Source of the DNA: Marsupella aquatica
Taxonomy: Eukaryota > Plantae > Marchantiophyta
Assembly (NCBI GenBank): GCA_973895155.1
Contig: OZ316891.1
Coordinates: 32,313,208-32,377,207 of the forward strand
Reading direction: 5' to 3'
DNA length: 64,000 bases
Every line of letters begins with the position of its first letter. Position 1 is the first letter of the stretch. The notes beneath the pieces are model-generated. The model saw nothing but the letters and a program-made list of their open reading frames with translations, searched no databases and was not told the DNA's origin. The position numbers and the translations under genes were made by a program. Shown one piece after another: positions 35,186-45,988 of this stretch.

Positions 35186-36918
35186 TGTGGTGCGTCCCAT
35201 GGCTCCCTAAACCCAAGAAACCCCCCAGCTCAAGCCGATTCCCGCAGGTTTCGTGCTTGGCGAGGCCGTTTCCGCGGCTTAGCGGCATGGGACGCTGCTA
35301 ACCTTCTACTACTACTATTAACATTTTACACACATATACTGGACAGATCCTTCATCGGGTCATGAGATACGTAGCCGGCCTAATATAGGCCTTCCCCTGT
35401 CTTCCCCTGTCTTCCCCTCCGTCTTGTTAGGTATGTTTGGATTCCGCCGCCGGAATGATCCCCAATAGGCTTGGTTAAGCCGCTAAGACCTCTCTCAGCT
35501 CGACACATCCAACTCTCACTCCCCTGCTTACTTTCCTTCCTTCTGTTGATGTGGGCACTCTTCACACAAGTTAATGCGACACACAAATAGCAAAATGACT
35601 CATTCTGACTGAGTCATACCATGCACTTGCCATACAAACAGTACATCTCATACACAAGTTCTGCGAACTAAGCCGTGAGGCCAACTCTATTCAGCTCTTA
35701 GGCATGAGGAAACATGAATATACACAAGGGTCACTGTATGACTAACCGAGAGCTTCTCGTACTACTTGATCCCAGCCCGGCTGGTGCAAACTAAAAACTT
35801 GCTAAAGAAGAGGCCCTGAGCTCCCCGCTGCCCAGGTACTTATCCTGGTAGTGGATCCGCCATTCTTTGCATCGTAAGCCTAATCTACTTAACAGTAATC
35901 TACTTGCCCGAATCTACCTATGTACAGCAAGGCAGGAGCACAAGTGTTGCTCCTACCAGTGGGACCGCAATCCCACTAAGCTAAGTGTCAGGGCCGCTCC
36001 TGGTTCTGATCCTAATCCTAAACGTGGAGATCCGTGCCCGCCCTGCCCACTCACGCCTCCTCCCTCCACGTCCGCCCTCCCTAAAAGGAACGGCGCCCTT
36101 GCACCGTCACGACACCGGTGGTGGATCCTCAATGGACGCCCCCAACACTTCCTCCTCAGCCACTGCCGTTGGCCCGCCTACTGACAGATTACCTGCCCTT
36201 GACCGAGTCAACTCTCCATCGGCCTGACTGGGTCCACCTTTCCGTGCTACCCTTTAATTCCCAGTGTATGTCGTTGCAGTTCTTGATGGCCTCTCGGATG
36301 CCGACGACGCTGTCTTTGCAAAACAGAAGATCGTCGAGTTGATTGGAAGTAGGCATCCACAGGAACTCGTCCTTGATGAGTTCGCCTCCTAAGAAAGCCG
36401 TCTTCTGCAGCTCCCACAATCGAGCGAGCTCCTGCCGTTCTCGAGCTGCCCTTTCTGACTCCTCGTCCTCGTAAGTCTTGATGTACTCAGTTGCCCGTTC
36501 GAACAGGCATCCCCAGAAATGTGCCGCTTGATTGACGTTGCTCATACCCTCCTTAGGTTGATCGTCGGTATCTACTCTCTCCCCGAGTGCTTGCCTAAGC
36601 AGCTGACAGTAGTTGGCCTCCCGTAGTCGTCTGCCTAGTTCGTGCTCGCAAATGAGCCACCATCTCCTGCAAGCGCTCCTTACCCCTCTCCTCTGCCGGT
36701 CCTTCTTCCCGTTGATCCTTCCTAGCTGCCGACGCTTAACGCGCCCTAACCCTAATCGGGTTTTCACCCTTAGCCTTACCTCCGGCCTCTGCCCGGGTTC
36801 CATGGTTGCCCCTAATTGTTTATATTTTCCTTGTTTTGTCACTATACTAAGGTGTTCCTAGGGTGCCTTCCTGCTTTACCCACTTAACCGGCCGAGTGAT
36901 TCCTGTCTAGGCATCACA
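35186..36918 (-). repeat. Inverted D-family LTR (1733 bp) with a 2936-bp internal deletion
   Basis: Reverse complement of 24272-28943 with a deletion between the 11-bp repeats GGTGGACCCAG (24955-24965 / 27891-27901) plus a 3-bp indel; flanks gtgaa / catgg, no TSD. Confidence 0.93.
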
Positions 36919-39687
36919 CATGGCAATTACACAGATAGGCGCATGTGTGGTGATTACAGACCCATTAATCGCCAGACAAAATCTGATAGATATGCCATGC
37001 CCACACCTGAGGAGATCTTTGATGCTGTGGGGCATGCAAAGGTTTTCAGTTCATTGGATTTGAGGGCAGGGTACCATCAGCTTTCAATTAGGCATGCTGA
37101 CAGGTCCAAGACAGCATTCTGGGGGATTGATTCTTATGGCAAAGATCGTTTGTATCAATGGTTATTCTTACCATTTGGGTTGAAGAATGCACCAGCTGAG
37201 TTCCAGAGAGTCATGGATCGAATCCTTGCAGGTTTGGATTTTGTTAGATGTTATATTGATGATATTTTGGTCTATTCTTCTACTATGGAAGAACATCAAT
37301 AGCACTTGCAGACTGTATTGGAGAGATTGAGAGCACATGGGTTGAAGCTCCATCCTAGCAAGTGTAAGTTCTTCCAAGACCAGATTGAGTATTTGGGCCA
37401 CACTATATACCCAGGGGGATTGGGTGTACAGCAGACTAAAGTGGAGGCCATTACACAGATTCCTTGTCCTACTGATGTGAGTAGAGTTCGTGCATTCTTG
37501 GGATTGGCGAGCTACAACAGGAGGTATGTTAAAGGATTTAGCCAGCTTGCTAAACCTTTAACCATACTCACTAAGTTGGATCAGGAATGGACTTGGGGTG
37601 ATGACCAAGAGCATGCCTTTCAGGAGTTGAAGCAAAGGTTGGCATCATCCCCTATTTTGAGAAGACCCATTTCAGGTAGACCATTTCAGCTCCACACTGA
37701 TTGGAGTGGAGTAGGACTTGGAGCAGTGCTAACTCAGAAGGATGATGAGGGGAATGAGTTTGTTGTGGCTTATGCCAGTAGATCAAACAATGCAGCAGAG
37801 GCTAAGTATAGCTCTTATGAGGGAGAGTGTTTGGCAGCAGTGTGGGTTGTTGCACACTTTCGTTGCTACTTGTTTGGTAACCCCTTTACCTTGATCACTG
37901 ATCATCAGCCTCTTAAGTGGTTAATGGAGTCTGACAAGCTTACAGGGAAGCTTGCACGATGGGCATTGTTGTTACAGGAGTATGATTTCCAGGTGGTGCA
38001 TAGGCCTGGAAAAGTGAACTTGGATGCAGATGGATTAAGCCGCAATCCATGTACCAGTCAGCAGGATGAGACTGGAGCCAGATGGCATGATGAGTCAGAT
38101 AAGGAGATGGTGCCAGGATGGCATGCATCTGCCTTTCTTTGTTGGGTGCCAGCATACAGTGGATCTGTGGACTCTACCTCATTGGATGGAGTGGATGATG
38201 AGTCTTCAGATGTGGATGTTGGTGAGGTAACTTTTGGACAGCAAGATATTCACAATGATGTGAGAGTGTTGGAATATCTGCGCAGTGGTTCTATTGTTGG
38301 CAGTGTTGATGCCAAAGAACGTGACAGGGTTCTACAAAGAGCCAAGAGGTTTTGATGGGAGGGAAACCATCTTTTGAGAGTACTGCATGATGGTAGAGTG
38401 TTGGTGGTCCCAAAACCATCACAGAGAGTACATTTGGTGTGACATGCGCACGAGGAGTTGGGTCACTTTGGTGTAAAGCGCACTTACAGCTTGCTGCAGA
38501 CACAGTATTGGTGGCGTGGTATGCACACTCATGTCCAGTAGTTGATAGCTAAGTGTGTGGTATGTGATAGAGTGAGAGCATCATTTAATGCTCCCACTCC
38601 CCAGTTGCACCCGTTGCCGATCATGGGTTTGGGATATCGTTGGAGTTTGGATTTTGCTGGTCCATTACCTCTTACCCAGCGTCATAATCGGTATGTTTTG
38701 GTCATGGTGGAGCACTTCTCCAAGTGGATTGAGTTAGTGGCGTTGCCAGATAAAGCCAGTGGAGGAGTTGCTGCTACATTTTTGGATCGTGTACTCAGTC
38801 ATTTTGGAGCACCAGCTGAGGTGTTGACTGATCAGGGAACTGAGTTCCGTGGAGATTTTGAGAGTTTGTGTGAATAAGCTCTGATTGATCATCATACTAC
38901 CTCTCGTGATCATCCTGAGGCAGATGGATTAGCTGAGAGAGTTGTGCAAACTGTGAAGAGAGGATTGCGTAAGTATGGCTTGCAGGTTGGTCATCTGGGA
39001 GATTGGGATCTCCAGCTACCTTGGTTAGCTATGGGCTACCGTTTCAGTCGGCAAGCATCACTTGCATCCTTCTCACCTTACTTTTTGCTCTATGGTAGAG
39101 AGCCAGATTTGCCAGCAGCTATTCGTCGTGATGCTGCATCAGTTGTGAACTTGGATGATCCTGATGTTTGGATCAAGGTGTGTTCAGAGAGAGCACGGGT
39201 ATTTCAGAGAGTGATGCCCATGGCTTTCGACAACCTTGCCATTGCCCAACATTGTGATACTTTGAGGTATGCCACTATTCGTGGAGGAGGTTATCGTGCA
39301 AGCATTCGGTAATTTCATCCTGGTGATTATATTTATTTGCAGCAGACAGCACCCACGACACTTGATGTGACCGCAGGCCGGACAATCTTACGTGTGCATG
39401 AAGTGTTGCCTTCTGGTGTCCTGATGTTGGAGGGACGCGATGGTATGGTTTGGAAGGATCATGTGCGCAACTGTGCACCATGTCACCTTCCCAACATTGA
39501 TGGTACAGTAGATCCAAGCTTGGCACATGTTTGTGCCGGCTTGAAATGTATGTTGTGTGGATTTGCTCAAGGAGCAGCTACTATGTTGATTTGTGATAAG
39601 TGTTCTAGAGGATGGCACATGTCATGTTTGACACCACCATTGCAGGTGATTCCTAGTGGATCATGGTTGTGTCCTCAGTGTCGGTGA
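36919..39687 (+). pseudogene. Element A RT-RNase H-integrase-PHD (one frame, several nonsense codons)
   Basis: GNYTDRRMCGDYRPIN, LDLRAGYHQ, YIDD, HTDWS, YEGECLA, ITDH, HEELGHFG..CVVC, SLDFAG, TDQGTEF, GLAER; stops at 37300, 38353, 38440, 38539, 38875, 39310. Confidence 0.93.
39547..39684 (+). other. PHD finger at the integrase C-terminus of element A
   Basis: CMLC-x8-LICDKC-x3-WHMSC-LTPPL-x6-WLCPQC, a canonical C4HC3 PHD. Confidence 0.93.
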
Positions 39688-39862
39688 AGCCGACTAGTTA
39701 TCATTTGTGCTCTCTTGGCAGATATGGATTGCAGGTAGGTGATCGATGGGGCTCACTTGCACCCGGCCTCCTGATCTTCACACCTAAAAAGGTGTATATC
39801 AACCTTGTAGAACTCATGGCTAGCTAGAGTTAGGGGACCTTACTTCCAGCTAGGGGGGCGAT

Positions 39863-40062
39863 TGTGGGTTTTGGACATGTGTGGACATGAGTTTCACTTG
39901 TATTCCATTCTCTTGTGTTTGTGATGTGGCAGTGTGACTATGTCTGGATGTATGTGACAAGCGATGTATGTTGTGTAGCGATATGTATGCGCACGATAAC
40001 TGTCACACCATTCTGAGTAGTGTAGTAGTATATCGTGCTATTAGAGTATGTACGTTTGGTAT
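39863..40062 (+). repeat. Probable start of the element A 3' LTR (interrupted by Copia E)
   Basis: TGTGGG after the PPT-like AGGGGGG (39852-39858); no partner copy inside the window. Confidence 0.6.
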
Positions 40063-40357
40063 TGTAAGAAACTGTCAGCTCCGGACTAGACAACAATGCG
40101 GAAACATGAGAGACACTCAATCAGACGCTACACCGACGAGACACCCCGAGTGGAGAAACTCCTGAAGGCTCCATAGCAAATGAGAGTACATGTGAAGAAT
40201 GAGGGAGAGAGTGCTCTCCCTCCAGCCTATACCCCCCAAGGGGGCCAAGATGAGTGGGCCTAAACTAAGTGGATCTTATCCTAATGTAATCTAGGGTTAA
40301 AACTAACCCTAGTAAGGCCAAGCTAACTATGTCGGGAACTAGAGTCAATTCCTAACA
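40063..40357 (-). repeat. Copia E 3' LTR (~295 bp)
   Basis: Minus strand TGTTAGG...CTTACA, directly after the PPT (40358-40368); the outer boundary is inferred from the TG/CA end and the change in composition. Confidence 0.75.
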
Positions 40358-40424
40358 ATCTCCACCTTGACTCAAGTTCACACAATGAGTCAGGTGATAT
40401 ACAATATGTAACTAAGTAACATAT

Positions 40425-41579
40425 TTACATAGTCACTGGTTTGGCCCTAACATTAATAATATCCACACAATGACTAAAGCTACTGGTAGGTAAAACTTTG
40501 GTAAGCATGTCTGCCGCATTCTCCTCTAAAGCCACCTTCTCCAGAAACATCTGCTTCGTCTCAATCACCTCACGGATGAAGTGATAACGAATATCAATGT
40601 GCTTTTTCCTGGCATGGAACACAGGGTTCTTAGCCAGATGCAAAGCACTTTGACTGTCGCACAGTAGCACCGGTCTTTCAAGTGAAAGACCCAGATCACT
40701 CACCAATCTCCGTAGCCAGATCAGCTCCTTGGTTGCCTCACATGCAGCCATGTACTCAGCCTCAGTAGTAGACAACGCAACACAAGATTGAGTTGCCAAC
40801 TTCCAGCTGATACAACCTCCACCCAGCATAAACACATAGCCTGTAGTAGACTTTCTGTTATCCAAGTTACCAGCATAATCTGAATCTACAAAACCTTCCA
40901 ACTCTAATGTAGAGTCTGCTTTACCGTCAAATAAGATCCCACAATCTAAGGTACCTTTCAAATACCGCAAAACCCACTTCACTGCTTCCCAGTGAAGCTT
41001 ACCAGGATTTGCCATAAATTTGCTCAAAATGCTAACAGCGTGGGCAATGTCAAGTCTAGTGCATGTCATTGCATACATCAAACTACCCACAACACTATCA
41101 TAGGGAACATGTTTCATCGCCAGTCTATCACTCTCACTAGAAGGGCAATCATTCTTTGAGAGTTTAAAGTGGGAGGCCAATGGAGTACCAACTGGTTTTG
41201 CATTCTCCATTCCATACTTGGCAAGTACCTTCTCCAAATACTGCCTCTGAGACAACCATAATTGCCTTTGCTCCCTGTCACGATGAATCTCCATCCCTAG
41301 TATCTTCTTGGCCTGACCCAAGTCCTTCATTGAAAACTCCTTACTCAGCATTGCTTTCAGATGGGCAACATCAGACTTATTCTCAGCCAGGATCAGCATG
41401 TCATCCACGTACAATGCCAGCACAATGTAACCAAAGCGTGAGTAATTCTCCACCTCCTTCATGTAAATACAACAATCATGTTCACTTCGTGTGAACCCTG
41501 AGATAACATGAAGGAATCAAAACACTTATTCCACTGTCTGGGACTCTGCTTCAATCCGTATAACGAGCGCAAGAGCTTA
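40425..41579 (-). pseudogene. Copia E RT (C-terminal part) and RNase H
   Basis: KLLRSLYGLKQSPRQW, LYVDDML, MKDLG, FVDSDYAG, STTEAEY, CDSQSA, KHIDIRYHF, ADMLTK; frameshift near 41490. Confidence 0.93.
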
Positions 41580-41648
41580 TACCAATCCTCGTTCCATTCA
41601 GTATTTTGGAACAGAAACAGACGACTCATATTTTTTAATATTATTGAT
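41580..41648 (-). other. Filler DNA at the left CACTA end, resembling plastid ycf1
   Basis: AT-rich; translates SIILKNMSRLFLFQNTEWNEDW, similar to the recalled Ycf1 motif IIxKNIxRxLLFQxPEWxED. Confidence 0.55.
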
Positions 41649-41659
41649 AAAACAATGTA

Positions 41660-42360
41660 TTTTATGACCAAAACAATGACTATTAATCAGGTCTTTTTAA
41701 CAAAACAATGACGCAATTGTTCTCGTCTTTCCAGACACGTCACAACGGACATTTTGGTCACGGTCCTTTTGGACAAATGACGCTAAAAACATGTGGTCAT
41801 TTCATACTATCCTAAATGACCGTTTTTATGATATGGTCATAAATGTTGAACGGTCCAAAATGACGACACAAATCACCATCGACGGTCAATTGCCGTTGAC
41901 CGTCGATGGTCCCCGTACCCAATCACACAACGACACGTGGCAATAAAAAAACTAATAACATTGGTCATTTTGGACAGTCCAAAATGACGTACATTATATA
42001 ACAAATCAAATAGTGACACGTGGTTCAAAGAGGATTCACCATTTGGCAATATATTTGGGTCATTTTGGACGTGTCCAAAATGACTACAGTATAAACAAGT
42101 CATATTGAGACACGTGGTTCAATTGGGAGAAGACACGTAAAGATACACATTAGTCATTAATGACATGTCTTGAATGACATAAAGTGAGTCATAGTGGACT
42201 TGTTTATAATGACCATGAGAAAGGTCATTGTATATGTCATTCTTTGAATCATTTAGTCTATGTCTTTAATGACCAGAGTTGAGTCATATTGGTCACAAAG
42301 ATAGTTGTGAATAATGACCATTACATCAGTCATTCTAGCTAGTCATTTAGTCATTCAAGC
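41660..42360. repeat. CACTA left subterminal repeats (AATGAC / GTCATT in both orientations)
   Basis: Many aatgac/gtcat motifs, mirrored at 60350-60720. Confidence 0.85.
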
Positions 42361-42722
42361 CAATCATTCAGACGAAGTATTCAATGATTTGGAGAAATTC
42401 AAATTTAAGTGATCATGATAGATAAAACTTGATGTCAATCAAAAATCATATATTACAAAGCCATTCAATAGAGTTGCTAAATGAAAACTTAAAGAAACAT
42501 TCGATATATATCACAAATCCAATTGATATTCATACAAGATACCTTCATAAGTCTCACGGTAAATATTGAACTCAATGCAAATTTATGAAACAAAATTACA
42601 TTGACATCAATAATATTAGATTGTCAATTGTTACAACCTGACATACCAATCACTCTGCATGTTTATAGAAAAACAGAGTTGTCATTCTATCATGTCTATT
42701 GTTTCTTGATAGAGTGCTATTT

Positions 42723-45560
42723 CTATTGCTTCTTAAGCAATCTAGAGTTCCATAGGGCATTCATCCCTTTCACATCAGATAATTTAGACTGGTTCTCCCC
42801 TGAATTGGCAAATGGCAATGCCACATCTACAAACACTTCAATCACACGCACTCGCAAGAAAGGGCTTTCAAAATCTGCACAATGAAACTTATCTTCTCCT
42901 GGCAGCCCTGTCACCTCACCTTCTGCCACTATCATGGAATTGTCCACAACGCTCTTCATCTTCACCAAATCTCCTCTTGCAAACTGTGAACAACACATTT
43001 TGTTAAAAATGCAATAAACAGAAATTGAAAGATAGAAGAACACTCAAATCAAACACACATTTACCTTTGCAACGGGGTTAGGAGACTGCATTGGTTTCTT
43101 CTGTGCAGGTGATGCATTTGCTGAGGATCCTTTCTTCCTTTTCTTCTTTCCCTTTCTAGTTGATGGAGTGTCATCCTGTTCACTTGGAATGGGAGTTTCT
43201 TTTGGCAACTCAGATGATTCTGGGGTTACATCTGGTGTCAACTGAGTCGACTTATCCTCTGGCAACTGAAAGACATCTGAAATGGCTTCTTTGGGCAACT
43301 TAGATGGCAAAAGGTTCACTTCCAATTCAGTTTGCTTTAGAGTACTGTTAGCTGTGTCAGTTGGTCTTCCCTGCGACACAGGAGGCTCCCCTAAAGATGC
43401 TGTCATAAAACACACACAAAAGAAATGCATAAACAAACATGTATACACCAGCAACATATAATCACACTAAAAACATGCAAGAACATTATAAACATGCAAT
43501 GACATATACACATCACAATAATTACATTGAATGGACAGTGTATACATGATAGAGAATTTTACCTTCATTATCGCCTGAAAAAGTAAGAGATCGCTTTCTA
43601 CTACCTTGTTTGGTAGTTGTAGTCAACTTACTGTGACTAGGCACAACTGTTGGAACTTGTGCATTACTGGGGTGATGTGCCATCCACGTAGTCATCATGT
43701 TTGTCAACTCCCTCACAGTGCCTTTCAACTCAGCGACATCCAATTTCACAGCCCCAATGGCAGTGATCTCTTCTTTTGAATGTGGGGTCTGTAAATGAAC
43801 CACAAACCAACACAACAGTCTCACTGTCAAACTTACAAACGACACAACACTGGCTCTGTCAAATGGAGAATGATGTACAAATCAAATTGGTATGACAATA
43901 CTCACAGCTGATCCATGTCTGTTTCCTTGCCCCAGTAAGCTAGCACTTTTACCCTCCCCACTTGCCAATGATGGGCTCACCTTTGCTCCCACAAAACTAC
44001 CAGTCTGACCTTCTGCACTTGCCAATGATGGGCTCATTGTCACCTTTGGCAATGAACCCTGACTACCATGGTTTTCTTTCAGGTCAGATATACCTGGGCT
44101 TGATCCTCTCTTCTGCTTCTGTTCAAACACACAATGAATGAGAAATCACAGAGTTTGTTTTCATCAAGATTCACAAACAAGACAGAATTGATAGTGAAAA
44201 TGATAGACAATTTACCATTCTCTTTGCTGCTGCAGCATGCCCTCCCCTTCCAAAGTGAGAGGTATCTTGCACTCGTGCTCTTTTATCAGTCATCTGTTTA
44301 CTCAAAGATATCAATGCTGGACTGGTAAAATGAGATACCAAAGCTGCCCATTTCTTTGGATCAACACCAGATGGCCCAAGTTTGGTTGGATCCTCATTGC
44401 AAACTTTCTTCCAATAAACATGCATTTTATGGCGCTCTCTCTTCAATATGCCACGACAATGACTCTGGAATTTGGTGTTAATAAATTCCCCACCCACATA
44501 CTCCCACTCAGCTGCCATGTTATTCCACACTGTGGTTGTATGAACTTGTGGATGATCAGTCCATTTTGGCTTTGATACATCAAAGACTCTGAGTACGTTG
44601 CCACGAAGTTCCTCCAGCCAGTATTGTTTGTTGCCATCAGAATCATCAATATCATTGTCATAAATCTGCATTTCATAGACAATGTCAGATCATAACTCTG
44701 GAATTTATGCAGAGTCCAGGTTTTATACACACAACAACAGAGAGGATCAGATTTGTCTAAATCTACAAACAAGTACAATACTCACTTTAATGTGTTTGGG
44801 CACCTCTCCGCAATCCCTTCGTTGTTTGGCAGTATTATCAAACTGCTTCTTAGCATGCCTTCGTTCCCTGCGCATCTCAGAGGCCCCTCCTGCAATGCAC
44901 ACACATGCATTCAATCAAAAAATATGTACATGATTGAAAAGTTGAGCAAATGTACTTGCATATGCAACACGAGCAGATTGTGTATTACCTGAAGATCCTC
45001 TGGAATGTAGTACATCAGATTGACCTGATCTGCCTTCAGATGCTGATGGAACCACTAAACAAACACACAACACCAAAGCACTTCAATTAATTTCATTTCC
45101 AAGTAGAATATCAACTTCCAAACACACCTGAAAAGTAGAACAGTACAATCCACTCACTTTCATATAAGAGTCCAGTGTCTGGGTCTTTCCAACATCTCAC
45201 TAGCCCACCTCCACCAGGCCCAGTCTTCTTAGGACCACAATTTTGTTTCTGTACCTACATCATGGACAACGTAAGCATATCAACATATAATTTGAAAAAG
45301 GGACAAGGATCCCTTCCTATTAGGATGATGAAGTTCAAGCATTACCTGTTGTGCACTCTCTGGTTCTGACCCTCCAATGTCAGAATCCTCAGTGTCATAC
45401 TCAGAAGGAGAACCATAGCCATCATCACCAAACTCTGCCATGTTCACCTTGGTAACTTCTGATAGTCTAGAGCTCCTCCTCTTTGGCAATGTTTCAGTTG
45501 AAGTACCTTTCACCAAAGCAGGCTTTCCTCTCTCTCGTTGTACATGTGTGGTTGGGCCTC
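42723..45560 (-). CDS. CACTA TnpA/Tnp1-like multi-exon gene (exon limits approximate)
   Basis: Ptta/En/Spm-like KWAALVSHF..QMTDKRARVQDTSHFGRGG (44171-44671); terminal exon VAEGEV..FHC..LRVRVIEVFVDVALPF (42723-~42985); short exons separated by T-rich GT-AG introns. Confidence 0.75.
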
Positions 45561-45988
45561 TAAGGAACAAAGCAATCATCAACATACACCAATGCAGATC
45601 AAACATACATGCAAAATGAATCTACAACACCATAACACTAGTACTTATGTACAGGATCCATACTAGTATGAGACCAATCTGGAATATGAAAACAGAACAT
45701 GAACCTGACAACTCCATCTACTGAATCAAATTTGCAATAGACATATCAACACACACATCAGCTTGCAGTCTGGCCCCAGTCCTAGATCACGCATAATTCT
45801 GACATTATGCTCTATGTTCCGATTTCGGGCCTCCTCATAAGGATTCACAGAATGTGACAACCCTTGCAATCTTCCTTTCGCAGGCTGCATTCACCAACTG
45901 CACAAATGGATAAACCATTAGTCTGATTTCATAAATAGTCCATACATGTAGTCCATCTATGGACTTCACACACCTAGCTAAAACCTAT

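Larger units (their letters stand above)
1..40062 (+). mobile_element. Ty3/gypsy LTR retrotransposon A (outer host element; gag-PR-DNMT ... RT-RH-IN-PHD), interrupted by nested insertions 3697-36918 and at 40063
   Basis: Left part 268-3696 is one reading frame (gag, protease, MTase); right part 36919-39687 is one reading frame (RT, RNase H, IN, PHD) on the same strand in the expected order, followed by a PPT and an LTR start. That both halves are the same copy is inferred; the MTase C-terminus and RT N-terminus are missing. Confidence 0.75.

Noticed and set aside
24272-36918. DIRS-like element with inverted terminal repeats
   Set aside because: Encodes a protease and a DDE integrase with a tRNA PBS; no tyrosine recombinase or internal complementary region seen
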